Below, in pieces: positions 17,125 through 32,639 of a stretch of DNA of 64,000 nucleotides. The notes below the pieces were generated by a model, which was not told the origin of the DNA, ran no database searches, and worked only from the letters and a program-made list of their open reading frames with translations. The DNA comes from the human T2T-CHM13v2.0 reference genome, Homo sapiens, in assembly GCF_009914755.1 (NCBI RefSeq), contig NC_060941.1; one strand, written 5' to 3'. The first letter of the stretch is position 1, and every line of letters begins with the position of its first letter. Made by a program: the position numbers and the translations under genes.

Positions 17125-17724
17125 ATTATTCTAGAGATCCTGAGAAAGACTGTTGCATAGCAAAGCTCTCTAAAACGTACATGGTGTAAAACAATAACCA
17201 TTTTATAACCAATTCTGTTGTCAGGAATTTGGAGAAGGCACAACTGGAATGCCTTATCTCTGCCCCATGATATCCAGGGCCTCAGCTGGGAAGTTACAAC
17301 TTCCAGCTACAGATGACTTGACCAGGAATCAGCTGGAGAGCTCTTCAGACCTGGAGTCACTGGAAGGCTGGGCTTAGCTGGAGCTGTCAACTGGAGCACC
17401 TACACGCGGGCTGAATGTAGCTTGGACTTCTGACAGCTTGTCATCCGGTTCCCAGGGGTGGCGTCTTTAAGAGGGAAGACTCTGGAGGGTATTTTAAGAG
17501 GCCAAAGCAAAAGGGGCAAGGCTTCTGACTTAGCCTCAGAAACCATGTCAGCACCACTTTGCCACATTCTCTTGGTTGCAAATGAGTCACTAAAGCCAGC
17601 TCAGATGCAAGAGGAGGGGAATTAGACCCCACCTCTTGATGGGGAAGTTACAAGGTCACATTGCAGAAGAGCATGTAAGATGGAGATAGCATGTGGCCTT
17701 CTACAGAAAAGACAATCTGTCATA
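17125..17724 (-). mobile_element. MLT1 (MaLR) LTR
   Basis: tgttgcatagcaaa...gtcaggaatttgg...ggtcacattgcagaagagcatg. Confidence 0.75.
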
Positions 17725-17734
17725 GACAGTTTTT

Positions 17735-18011
17735 TTTCCCTGCTGGACCCAAAGCTTCGAGATGTGAGATTTGGAACAGCTGTAGCTGCCCTGGAATCAC
17801 GAAGGGGAAGCCTGCCTATAAAACCAGCATGGAGGAGAGCCAAGGGATGCCAGAGAGTGAGAGCGAGACAGTGTGAGAGAGAGAGCAGATCCAGAGGGCA
17901 TCATTTGAGCCTGACCATGCTTCTTTGTCCCAAGAGCCAATAATCCCCTTACACTTCAGCTAGTTTGAGCTGTTTTCTACCACGGGTAGAAGAAATAGTT
18001 CTAATCAATAC
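17735..18011 (+). mobile_element. MLT1J/K-like LTR, 3' part
   Basis: gagccaataatcccc...gctagtttgagctg...aataca terminus. Confidence 0.65.
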
Positions 18012-18064
18012 AAGAGGATTTTAAGAGGATTTTACTACCTTTTTATACTTTTTCATTTAAAACT

Positions 18065-18122
18065 TTTTTTAATTCTTTCTTTTTCTTTCTTTCTTTTTTC
18101 TTTCTCTCTTTCTGTCTCTCTT

Positions 18123-18160
<38 letters not shown>

Positions 18161-18447
18161 TCAGACAGTCTTACTCTGTTGACCAGGCTTGAGTACAGTG
18201 GCATAACCAATTATAGCTCACTGTAGCCTCAAACTCAGGGCTCAGGTGATCCTCCAACCTCAGCCTCCCAAGTAGCTAGGACTACAGGTGCATGCCATCA
18301 CACCCAGCTAATTTTTATTTTATTTTTTCTAGAGACCAGGGTCTCACTATGTTGTCCAGGCTGGTCTTGAACTCTTGACCTCAAGTGATCCTCTGGCCTC
18401 GGCCTCTCAAAGTGCTAGATTACAGGCATGAGCCACTGAACCTGACC
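18065..18447 (-). mobile_element. AluJ with (TTTC)n tail
   Basis: Antisense dimer with pyrimidine microsatellite at 18070-18162. Confidence 0.9.
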
Positions 18448-18510
18448 TACTTTTCCATATTGCTTGAATTTTCCATTATAAGTATGTTATATTTTCAGTG
18501 TTACAAAAAA

Positions 18511-18797
18511 TTTTTTTTGAGACAGAGTCTTGCCCTGTCACTCAGGCTGGAGTGCAGCAGCACAATCTCAGCTCACAGCAGCCTTGACCTCTCAGGCTCA
18601 AGCCATCCTTGCACCTCAGCCTCCTGAGTAGCTGGGACCACAGGCATGCACTACCAAGGCTGGCTAATTTTTAAATTTTTTGTTGAGATGGAGTCTCACT
18701 ATGTTGTCCAGGCTGGTCTTGAATTCCTGGGCTCAAACAATCCTCCCATCTCAACCTCCCAAAAAAGTGTTGAGTGGCATGAGCCACTGGACCTGGC
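18511..18797 (-). mobile_element. AluJ
   Basis: Antisense dimer. Confidence 0.88.
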
Positions 18798-19019
18798 AAA
18801 CATTTTAATTGAGCAGCTATTTGTGAGTCACAGATGGCAAACACCCTGACTTTAATCACCTCACATTTTGATCGATCTGAAAAGTAAATACTTTGCCTAC
18901 CATTGTCTTTTGTTAAAGCGCAGCACCTCCTGCTCCCATGCCACCACCCCTCACCACTTCCTAAGTTTTCTCTAAGATTCAAGCACTTTCCAAATATTCC
19001 ATTCAGTACACAGTTATCT

Positions 19020-19490
19020 GGTGTGATGGCCTCTGCACAGCATGGCTCCTGGCCTTCAGAGCCCTCAATCTAGGCAGGAGACAGAAGTGAACAGAATCGT
19101 TCTGATCAAGGGCTGTAAGTACTAGAACGGAAGAACAGTGTGCTGTGGGAAGAAATGGAGAAAGAAAGGAGAATTCCTACTAAAATGGAGGCGAAGGAGG
19201 CATTTCAGGTAGAGGAACTAGCTTGAGCAAAGGCCAGGTAGTAGAGCCACACAGGATGTATGATTTGTGTGGTTAGCATGATGCAAAACAGGTGACTACA
19301 GGGTGGCCTTGAATGCTGGTATAAGACGTTTTTGCTTTATCCTAGAGAGAATGAGGAGCCACTGGAGGGATCCAAACAGAGAAGTGTCATGATCTGATGT
19401 GAGGTGGGATGGTCAACCTGATGGTGGTGTAGACAGTGGATGGGAGAGACCCAAGGCCAGGTAGGTGGCTACTGCAATAGTCCAAGCAGT
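19020..19490 (-). mobile_element. L2 fragment
   Basis: gaggaactagcttgagcaaaggcc; gagccactggaggg; ggctactgcaatagtcca. Confidence 0.7.
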
Positions 19491-20739
19491 CAGTACTGAG
19501 TCCTACATAGCCTTGTGCCCTTGTAGTTACTCTGTCTAAGCCTCATCTGGGAGCAGGCATTCTCTGCTGTCTATGCCCAGGGCCTGTGCTTGAGGAGAGA
19601 GGTCATTCTGGTCTTCTCCAGAGCCATGCTCTGACCTTGGTCAGCGGCCTTGTCCTGCCAGAGCCCCATTTATTTGGCTTCCCCGCTACACCCAGGTCGT
19701 GGTTCTACTTAGGGTGTGTGGGAAGTAGTAGCTGTCTCCCTCCACCCTCATTCAGTCAGCTTGACTGAGGAATCTCCAGATTGGAAGCAAGTCTTCAAAT
19801 ATTAACAGCTAAAAAGAATAAAAACAAGAACAGCCACATGTATGACAAGACAGTATCAACACTTTGCATGGATTATCCCATGTGATACTCTTGGCAACCT
19901 TATGAGGTGGATGCCATTGCCGTGTCCATTTCACAGATGAGAAAATGGAGTCTCTGAGTCGTTCATGCAATGGCTGCTCACTCTGGGGCCTCCAATAAGG
20001 CATAGCCTAGAGTCCACACCACAGGCTGGATGAGGTCCTTGGTCTCTACAGCCTGGAATGCAGTGGCCCTCTTTCTACTGCTGCTTATTTGTCCAAGCTC
20101 AACAAAGGTGTCCCCTCCTCTAGTGATCCCAACCCCCCGCCCCCCGCAAACCCTTGTTGCCACTTCAGGTTTCCCCACTCCCTGCTCTCCTCTGCCCCAG
20201 CATGCATCCATCTGGCTGCCCTGCCATGGTTTGCTCATCTGTCCTAGAGGGTGAGCTCCCCAAGGACAAGCAGACAGATCTCACTCTCCCTGTGGTCCCG
20301 TGCCAGCACAGAGAGGCTCTCACTGAAGGCATCAGATGTTGAAGTAGAAGGAGGGGGCGCCCTGCTGCCCTCCCTGCTTTGGGGCTTTCCACCTTTCCAG
20401 AGGAATGGGCTGCCTCCCCAGCCTCCCTCTGAAACTTGCCCCCACCCCTGTGTGGGAGACTGAGAGGGGCTTTCCCAAGCTGTGTGTCCCCTGCCGTTGA
20501 GATCACATCCCCACCTTCTGTCTTTTCTTTTCCAAATAAGCATCCAAATTCAAAGGCTGTGATAAGCTCTAGCTAAAGGCTGGAAACCAGCTCAGGCTCA
20601 CATACCAGGGTGTCCAACCCATGCCCAACCAGGAAAAAAGAAGGAGATTGAAGGAGAAAAAGGGAGAGAGATGGTCACCAAGCTGAAGGCAGATGAAGAA
20701 GTGAGAGAGAGCAAAGTGCCTTCTTGCTGGGAGCCTCCC

Positions 20740-21360
20740 TTGTGTCTGGAATGATCAGAAATCGGGGAGAAATGGTACAGCCTTCAGCAGACGAAATTGA
20801 GCAGTTGTGCTGTGAGGCAGGCTGTGGTACTTAAATGCAATAGCTGATCTAATCACCAGTCTCGTTCTCTGGGAAGCTTTTTGCTGCATTTTAGCACAGA
20901 AAAGTGTTGTCTTTCTCTCTTTTGTGGCTCGAGCTGCTATTTAAGAAAGCAAAAAAAAAAAAATCAATATGCCTTCTCAGGCTTTCATTCTTTTTCCCCC
21001 AAAAGGTGTTTCTTTGGGGAGGGGGAAAAGGTAGAGGGGGGAGTCGAGGAGCGTTTTTGTCATTCATAAGCCATGGTGACAAATCCTTGACATCATTCGC
21101 GGTTCCTATCGATCAGCTCCGTCCGCGGCACCAGAGGACAAATAGAAATCATTTGTCTGTCTTGGCTCCCAAACAACCTGAGACAAAGGGCTCGGCCAGC
21201 AATCAGCAGCTGGAGGTATTAGCAGCGGGTCAAGTTCGGAGATCAGAGGTCAAACAGGTTGTCATCAGTTTCTCACAGCTATCAGAGCAAGGGCAGGGGA
21301 GGGGCAGAATAAAACCCACCAACAACACAGCTGGTTCTTATTAGCCAAATCCTGCCAACC
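20740..21360. promoter_or_regulatory. Candidate enhancer / conserved non-coding block
   Basis: Repeat-free, with locally retained CpGs at 21040-21240 and CTAATC, CAGCTG x2, AACAGGTT and AGGTCA motifs. Confidence 0.45.
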
Positions 21361-21554
21361 CTGCCTCCCTGCAAAGAAAGATGGGCCACTGCCCCCCCAG
21401 GGACGCCCTGGGATGCAGGATTTCATGGGTTGGCGGCAGGGGTGTGAGAGGCCAAGGAAGAAAAGAAGCAAGATCTGAGCTCTGCCTCTTGCTGTGTGTC
21501 CTGAGCACCCTCCCAAGGGAAGCTCTGAGTTATTCTGTCCTGGGCCGTGAAAAA

Positions 21555-21662
21555 GAGAGAGAAAGAGGAGAGAGAGAGAGACAGAGAGGAGAAAGAGAGA
21601 GAGAGAGACAGAGAGGGGAAAGAGAGAGAGAGAGACAGAGAGAGACAGAGAGAGACAGAGAC
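21555..21662 (+). repeat. (GA)n/(GAGACA)n microsatellite
   Basis: Directly visible. Confidence 0.95.
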
Positions 21663-22734
21663 CGGGACCTCAGGTTTCTCTGGGAGTCCTAGCAAGCAAG
21701 TTAATCTTGTATAATTGGAAGTGGCTTAAATGGCCTGGGAAACAGGGGATGCAGCCAGGGTACAGTTGAGTCATGTTAAGTCCCTGATTACACATCACCT
21801 GTTTTGGTTTCTCCTCCCACCCTCGAGATGAGACCCAATTCTTAGGACAATTAATCTAGACAAAGATATGGAAGGATGAGGGTGGCATATCCAGCCCCCG
21901 TGGAGTGACACGTACGGCGGGTGACTGGGGAGTGAGGAGAAGCATGACAAATAGGATGGCATCTGACAGCTCTTTTCACTGAGCACTTGCCATCAAGGCT
22001 GTGGGCCTGCTGCAGCCGTTATCTCACTGAAGCATCAATGAGAGCCCTGGGAGGGGCCTGTTGGTTCCATTTCACAGATGGGAAGACTGAGGCCCAGAGA
22101 GATTAGATCACCAGTATCATTGAGGCCACAAAGCACATATCTGAAAAGTGGATCCCAGGGAACAAAGAAAGGGGCACCTTTGATGGGATCCACTTTTCAC
22201 TTTTCAATGAGCACAAGTCCAACTGATGGGAACATATTGAGAGTTCTGGGTCCCTGACTTCGCCAGCTGCTCCTTTGGCACACCCCCAAGCACCCAAGGA
22301 CTCTATTGCCTTATAAGGATGAAAAGACCCAGAATTGGAACTTGCAGCTCTAAGGAAGTCCCCCGCGAAGGGAGAGTAAGGTAATTCAGGAGGTTTGGAG
22401 CTCACCAAGGTGGGAACACTTTGAGCCCACACTGGCCCAGGCTGGAAGGCAGGACTTCACCACACTAATCAGGTGGTAAATCCAGCTCTCAGGAGCCTAC
22501 TGGCCCTCAGATAAGTTAATAGGAATGATGGCTTCTCTTCAGTGCCACTGGGTCACGGTGAAATGGGAGGGGGCAAGTTTAGTGCATGTCTGAAGACACA
22601 TGGGTGGCCTGTCACCCAAAGGCCTCTGCTGGAATAGGGGCCCTTCTCAAGTCTAGGGGGCTCCAGGGGACGTAGGACACATTTTAATGAAGATGAGTAG
22701 GGAATTCTCTGATGCACCCGTTACTTGTTCCAAC

Positions 22735-22901
<167 letters not shown>

Positions 22902-23069
22902 TAAGGAACCTTTAAGATGTGGAAGAAAAAGAAAGATAAAGGCAGTAGTGGAGCTGTGAAGATTGGAGTCTTTGAAGGAAACTTCAATGATGCATGTAGG
23001 ATAAATATCCTTCTGAAACAGGAGCCCTTAAACAGAACTAAGACCTGTGGCTGTAAAAGGGTAGCCTGA

Positions 23070-23335
23070 GGATCTACACATCTGCACGTGGGATAAAACT
23101 GCATAGAACTCAACACACACACACAAACACATGTGAATGTAAAACTGGTGAAACCTGAATATGGTCAATGGGTAGTACCCGTGTCAATCTCTGGCTTGTG
23201 CCACTGTACTATAGCTATGCAAGATGTTTCCACTGGGGAAACTGGATGAAGGGTATATGGGATCTCTCTGTTTTACTTCTTACAACTGCATGTGAATTTA
23301 CTATGACCTCAAAAGACAAAAGTTAAAAAAAGGAA
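23070..23335 (+). mobile_element. L1MC-like 3' end
   Basis: gatctacac...ataaaactgcatagaact...acaactgcatgtgaattta followed by an A tail. Confidence 0.75.
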
Positions 23336-24000
23336 AAATAAACAAAAAAGCATTTTGTTCCCTCAGCAGAGTTCTCTCTGCCTCCTGACATAAAGATAGG
23401 AAAAGGCACAGTCAGGAGAGGAATAAGTGCTCTATCCACAAGCTCTCTCCATGTAGAAAACAGATAAGAATGGTCTGCATTATGTGTATTTTTCACCAAA
23501 TCCATCCTTCTGAAGAACCACATTGTATTTATGCACACATTATTATCCCATTATTTGGTGAAGAAAACTGAGGCCGGGGTGGTGTACTTATTTGCCGGAA
23601 GCCACAGTGGCCGAGCTGGCATTTCAATCCCAGTCAGCTGACTCCAAAGCCTGCGCTCTTTCCACCACAGCACAGTGGTCAAGTTGGCAGTGTTCCTATT
23701 TCCAGAGCCCCAGAAAGTATGCTCTCCAAGGGTAGATTTGGCCTAGGAAGCTAAATATGCCAATTCCATCAAGCATTCGTTAAAAATTTTGCCGTCCAGG
23801 AGTATGGAGGGGTAGTTTTTTGTTTGTTTGTCAAAAAAAAAAAAGAATAAAAGAGGCCTGTCCTCAAGGATCTGAGTCTGTGGTTTTGCCAGGAAACTAA
23901 CATGCCTAGAGATGGGCTGAACTTTCCTAAGAGCAACACAGGGTCAGAGAAGAGGGAGATGTGTGGGAAGGGGGCCTCTTGGAAGGGGGCAACTATGCCT

Positions 24001-24311
24001 CTTTCTTTTCCTTTTTTTTTTTTTCTTGCTTTGAGACGGAGCCTCACTCTGTCACCAAGGCTGGAGTGCAGTGGTATGATCTGGCTCACTGCAACCTCTG
24101 CCTCCCAGCTCAAGTGATTCTCCTGCCTCAACCTCCCAAGTAGCTGGGATTACAGGCGCCCACCACCATGCCTGCTAATTTTTGTATTTTTAGTAGAGAT
24201 GGAGTTTCATCATGTTGGCCAGGCTGATCTCAAACTCCTGACCTCAAGTGATCTGTCTGCCTCAGCCTCCCAAAGTGCTGGGATTACAGGTGTGAGCCAC
24301 CACTCCTGGCC
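24001..24311 (-). mobile_element. AluS
   Basis: Antisense dimer with poly(T). Confidence 0.92.
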
Positions 24312-24319
24312 TCTTTTTC

Positions 24320-25216
<897 letters not shown>

Positions 25217-25841
25217 AAAGGGGATGGCTTTCACTTAAGGATCATACAGTTTGGTTTCATTTTTAGTTTGTTTGGCTTGTTCTTTAAAAAAAAAAAGTAA
25301 TATATGTACATAATTCACAATTCAAAAGGTGAAATCTCCCTCCCACCTCTATCCTCCAGTCAGTCACCCGGTTCACCTCCCTGGAGTCAACCAATGTTAT
25401 CAGCTTCTTGCTTATTCTTCAAGAGAGATTCCAGGCATGTACAAATACATCTATCTATTAGAAGGGTTTCGATAGGTGGAGAAGGGAAGAAAGAAAGGGC
25501 ACCAAAGAGGATAGACTTGTCATGGGGAGATTCATCCTACTAGGGTAAATTTTTTTCTGTCGCTGTTTTAGGGGTGTCTCTTATAAACATCACATGATTT
25601 GACTTTAGATTTTTGACTCAATCTTTAAGTCTTTTTTTTTAATATGTAGGTTTTGTCCATTTACATTTTTTTCTGTATTTAACTGGTTTTGCCTTATTGA
25701 TAGAGGGAAATAATTCCTTTGGCAGAAACAAATGACCCTTAGTTTTACCTCCTGGTTGACTTTTAATTTTGCTTTCAAAGATTCTGATCTTCTAATCTTT
25801 GCTGTCCCTTTTACCTTTCTTCCCTAGTGTTTTGGAAGAAG

Positions 25842-26139
<298 letters not shown>

Positions 26140-26305
26140 GGAATAAGTTTTTATTCCATTACTGGTTAACTTTTTAACCAGTAAGAATATTTTTTAAAAA
26201 ATTCTTTAACTTGGAATCATTTAACATTTTATTTTGAGAGTCTTGAGCGCTAAAGAAATAAAGAATAATACAAGCAACACCTATATTCTTACCATTTATC
26301 ATTAA

Positions 26306-26916
26306 TGTGCCAGTAATCAATGTATTGCCTCTTGGCACCAAACCTGCCATCATTTGCCTGCTTCATGTTACTGCAGCTGGACCCTGTAAACACTTCTCCT
26401 CTACGCACACTGGTTTTGTGGATAGAGGGCTCTAGAGGAACATCACGAGGCACAGCAGAAGAATGGGCTTCTCTTCCTGGTTCCTGAGTTCAATTCCTGT
26501 TCCCAGGACACAGCTGCCAGCAGCGTATGGGAGACCCAGTGGTGCTTACCCTCTGGCAATTTACACTGGCACCCCTGTGGTTGGCTTTCTGCTTGCCAGC
26601 CCTGGCCTGTCAGCTGTGGCCCAGCTTTGGCTTGAAGCACCTCGGTGAACCTCTCCACATGGTCCACAGCCCCACCCTCTCTAAGGTCTGACTCCCAGAC
26701 ATGGGTTGGGGGTTTCTCCCAAGTGCCATGGTTCCTTGGGTGTGCTTCCTGAGCCCTAGAGGTAGTAACTGCCCCCCATGTCTGCTACCCCTCTTTAAAG
26801 GTACCTTTTCCCCTCTTAGTTGGTAACCACCTTTTATTAATTTTTTCAGTTAATTGCTTTTTATATTACTTTTTTCTGTGTGGTTTCTGTCTCCTGACTG
26901 GACCTTGACTGATACA
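26306..26916 (+). mobile_element. LTR41-like ERVL solo LTR
   Basis: TG...CA termini (tgtgccagtaat...tgactgataca), 5-bp TSD attaa/tttaa, internal tagagggctctagagg. Confidence 0.65.
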
Positions 26917-27464
26917 TTTAACAAAGTTCATATTTTTGTCACATATGCTTGCTGTTATTTTTTTTCTTTTAAGGAAATTACACATTACGGATATAGCTAA
27001 AGTCCCTTCTAATGGCCATCCCTGGTTCTATACCCTTTCTCCAAGAGGGAACCATTATTATGAGTTTGAGGTAAATCCTCATATTTTAAAAATGTTTCCA
27101 TCCATTCATATGTATCCACAAATAATGCATGCTATTTTTACATTTTAAAATGTATATGAGTGATATGCTTTTCATATCATTCTGAATCTTTTTTCTATCT
27201 ACCCAACATTATATAACTTAAAACTATGCATGTGGATATATGTAGATCTAGTTAATTCCTCTAAAACTGTTGTATAATATCCCATCATATAAACATATCA
27301 TGTTATTAATTCATTCCCCTATAGATGGTCATTTGGATTGTTTTTAATATTTGGCCAGTTGCAAACAACGATGCAATATACATCTGGCATATGCACATGA
27401 CAGAATTTCTCCAGGGAATATATTTAGAAATGGGATTTTTTGAATAGCTCATAGAGGATGTACT

Positions 27465-27549
27465 TTCTTTCTTTCTTTTTTCTTTTTTTTTTTTAGAGAC
27501 AGGGTCTCACTCTGTCGCACAGGCAGGAATGCAGTGGCATGATCATGGC
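27465..27549 (-). mobile_element. 5'-truncated AluJ
   Basis: Only the 3' end of the right arm plus tail; TSD aggatgtac at 27455 and 27551. Confidence 0.8.
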
Positions 27550-27633
27550 AAGGATGTACATTTTTAAATGTTATTAGCTGCTGCTTATTTGTAATAATGC
27601 TATCATTTTCTCAATACCCTCATCAACACTTTA

Positions 27634-27800
27634 TTTTATTTATTTATTCTTTAGAGACAGGGTCTTGCTCTGTTGTCCATCCTGGAGTACAATGGTGCAA
27701 TCAATCATAGCTCACTGCAGCCTTGACCACCCGGGTCAAGCAATCCTCCATCTCGGCCTCCCAAAGTGCTGGGATTACAGGTATGAACCCCTGCATCCGG
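27634..27800 (-). mobile_element. FRAM/Alu monomer
   Basis: TSD caacacttta at 27624 and 27801. Confidence 0.8.
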
Positions 27801-28409
27801 CAACACTTTATATTGTTAGGCCTTTTAATTTTTCCCAATCTGGTGGACTGGGCAAAAAATAGTATCTCACTTTTCTTTTCATGGCTTTAGTGGCTATTTG
27901 AATATTCCTTTGTATGAATTTTCTGTTCATATGTTTCTCATTTTTCTGTTGGGTTGTCTTTTTCTTACAGATTATAGAAATTCTTTATATATTCTGATAG
28001 ATACATTATATATTGCAAATATCTCCCAGTAAATTGTTCACCTTTTAATCTTGCACATGGTATATTTTGCCTGAGATAAGATTTAATTTTAGCAAAGTTA
28101 AGTAATCTATTTTTTTATTTTATAGGATGTTCTTACTGTGTCTTTCTTGTTTGAGAAATCATTCTCTATCCTGGGTCATGAAAAATATTTTCTTATAATT
28201 TCTTCTAACTGTTTTTCATGTTTAGGTCACTAAAACATCTATATTTTACTTTTGTTAATGACATGTCACAGCTCTGTTATTAAATAGTCTTTCTTTTCCC
28301 TAATGATTAGTGGTGACATCTCTAACATATGCTACATTCTTATATATAGATAGAAATCTGTTCTCGGGTCCTCTGATCTGTTTTATTGGTTTATTTATCT
28401 ATTCCTGTG

Positions 28410-28845
28410 TTAATTAGGATGTTAAGAACCCAAGCTGCTATTATGAGAGTTCCAACAATCATGTGACTTAAAAAACAAAGTTTATATTTTATGCACATAA
28501 CCTTGCAAGGTGAGCTCTGCTCCGTGGAGCCTTTCCTTCATGCTGCTGGCCCAACACAGGTTGGCCAGGGGCTGTGCTCTTTGTCATGTCCATGCTAGGA
28601 CCTCAGCTAATGGAGCAGCCACTATCTGAAATGTTGGTGATTGCCATGGAAGAGAGAAAGAGAGTGCTGGATGGTCTTGTACCAATCATTAAATGTGTCC
28701 TCCTAGAAGTGACACACTTCACTTCAGCTCACAACTCATTGGCCCCATGTAACTGAAAGAGACCAGGAAATGCAGGCCTATCATGTGCCACAAGGCAAAG
28801 AGCTGGGAATGTTTGGGGAACAGTATTAATGACTATAACACACAT
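28410..28845 (-). mobile_element. MLT1K/L-like LTR
   Basis: gaagtgacacacttcacttcagctcacaactcattggcc...gtattaatgactataaca. Confidence 0.65.
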
Positions 28846-29044
28846 GCATTTTAAGTTTATAAATTTCCCTCGAAATACGGCTTTAACTGCTCCTTAGAAA
28901 TTTTACCCAAGACTTTCATTATCATTTTAAAATAAGCATCTCATTTTGTAATAGTTTTAGATTTAAAGAAAAATTATGAAGATAGGAACTGGAAAGTTTC
29001 CATATAACCCCTCTCAATTTCCCTTACTTAACATCTTATATTAG

Positions 29045-29365
<321 letters not shown>

Positions 29366-29505
29366 CCAATACATTATTATTAATTAAAACCCATACTTTA
29401 ATTCAGATTTCCTCTGTTTTTACCTGATGTCCTTTTCCTGTTTCTTTTTGGAATATTTATTATTTTATTTATTATATGAGATCCAGGAGAGAAAGGAGCA
29501 ATGTA

Positions 29506-29766
29506 AAATCCAGCAATCCCTAGTGGTATATATCCAAAAGAAAGAAAATTAGTCTTTTGAAGAGACACCCACAGTTGCATGTTTATTGTGGCACCATTCG
29601 CAATAGCCAAGACATGGAATCAGCCTAAGTGTCTATCAACAGAGGAATGGATAAAGAAAATGTATTATGTATACACAACGGAACATTATTCAGCCACAAA
29701 AAAGAATGATCCTCCTGCCTCAGGAAGATCCTGTCAATTGCAACAACATGGATGGGATTGAAGGAA
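29506..29766 (+). mobile_element. L1MA-like ORF2-end fragment (inverted segment)
   Basis: atccagcaatccc...tggataaagaaaatg...gcaacaacatggatg. Confidence 0.8.
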
Positions 29767-29956
29767 CCTAATGTCCTTTCTCGATTCCAGGATCCCATCC
29801 AGGATGCTGCGTTACATTTAATCATCATGTCTCCTTCGGCCCCTTTTGTCTGCGACAGTGTCTCCGGTGTTCCTTGTTTTTCATGACCTTAACAGTTTTA
29901 AGGAGTACTGGTCAGGTATTTTGTAGAATGTTCCTCAACTGGGATTCATCTGATAG

Positions 29957-30297
<341 letters not shown>

Positions 30298-30485
30298 AGG
30301 TTATGGTTCTTTTGAGAGGGAGATCACAGAAGTAAAGTGTCATTCTCATGACATCATACCAAGGGCTTATACTATTGATAGGATATCGCTGTTGATGTTA
30401 ACCTTGATCACACAGCTAAGGTAGTGCTTGTCAGGTTTCTCTACTGTAAAGTTACTCCTCCTCCATCACCCCTTCCATAATGTAC

Positions 30486-30782
<297 letters not shown>

Positions 30783-31550
30783 CCCATAATGTACTTTTTG
30801 GAAGAAAATCACTATGCTAAGCCCACACATAAGGAATAGGAAGTTATGTTCCACCTCCTGGAAGGCAGAGCCTCTACATAATTGAAATTCCTCTGCACAG
30901 GAGGCTTGTCTATTCTCCCCATTAATTTATTTATTCAACCATGTATTTGTATCAGTATGGATTCATGGATATTTATTTACTTTGGATTATAATCCAATAC
31001 TGTGTTATTTATTTTGTTGCTCAAATTATTCCAGCCTTGGCCACTGGGAGCACTTTCGGTGGGCTCCTGTGTGTCTTAGACATACCCTCATCAATGTGAG
31101 TTGTTTTATATCTGAGCATTTCCTTATTTTTTGGCACTAAAAGATGCTCCAGGCTCATCTTGTATATTTCCTGTCTAGTCCTAGAATCAGACGTTTTTCC
31201 AAGAACCCTGGTTCTTTTCACTGGAGAATGGTATTAGAAACCAAGATCTGAGCACTAGGTGTGATTGTTGCTACTGGTGGTCATTGCTTCTAGGCCCTCA
31301 GTTGGCAAGGCGAAGAAATATATGTGTGTATACTGACCATTTATCCACACATATCTATACAAAATTCTATATGTAATCATCTGTATTTCTATTGAGCTAA
31401 ACATAAGTTCATCTGCTGTCTCCACCTCTCATCCATTACCACATGGATCATTCAACTTCAAGTTCAATGCTTTGCTTATGTATAACCTCCCATTACAACC
31501 ACTTGCTGGGAGCAGTGAAACTCTGGGTCCCATCTGTTTACTTAAATGTT

Positions 31551-31632
31551 CAACAAACCCCCGTAACATGGGTTTCCCTGTATAACAAACCTGCACATGT
31601 ACCCCTGAACCTAAAATAAAGGTTAAAGAAAA
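31551..31632 (+). mobile_element. Very short 5'-truncated L1PA 3' end
   Basis: caacaaacccccgtaacatg...aacaaacctgcacatgtacccctgaacctaaaataaa. Confidence 0.8.
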
Positions 31633-31674
31633 GTTTAATTCCAGTATACATATATAGTGGTTTCGAATTTCTAA

Positions 31675-32046
<372 letters not shown>

Positions 32047-32639
32047 TAATTAATTGACATTGGTTTACTCTTTAACTATGAATTATTTAGAAGTTTGGGG
32101 GGTTTTTTGTTTCATAACGTAGAAGGTTTTGATAGCTTGCTTTTTCTGTGGTTGATTTCTAATTTTATTGCATTGTGGTCTGAAAACATGTTCTGTATAA
32201 TGTTGATTCTCTGGAATGTTTTGAGAGTTCCTCTGTGATCTAATACGTAATTCTAGTAACAGTTTCATGTGTGATTGGGGAAAAACATATGAATTTTGGT
32301 ACATCTACTCTATGCCATTAAAAACATCATTATGAAAATGTAGAAAGTACACAAATGTTTGAGATAATGTGAAATGGAAAAAAGAACATGAAACACGTGA
32401 TATTAGCAGCAATGTAAAATCTTCAGGCATAAAAACAAAGACTGGAAAAGAATAAACAAGAATGAAAATAAGCATTGACTACTAGTGGTAGGATTCTAGA
32501 TAATTTTTTTCTTACCTCAAAATTGTATTTAATGTGTTTTACTGTTTCTGTAATTCACAAAACTCTAAAAAATGTTTACCCTGGAAAATATTGGTTTGGA
32601 TAAATTAACAAAGGCTTAAGAGCATTTAGTACTACAGCC

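Larger units (their letters stand above)
26920..28410 (-). mobile_element. L1ME-like fragment with Alu pieces
   Basis: AT-rich degraded L1 antisense text (gggttgtcttttcttacag, aaattctttatatattctg). Confidence 0.7.
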
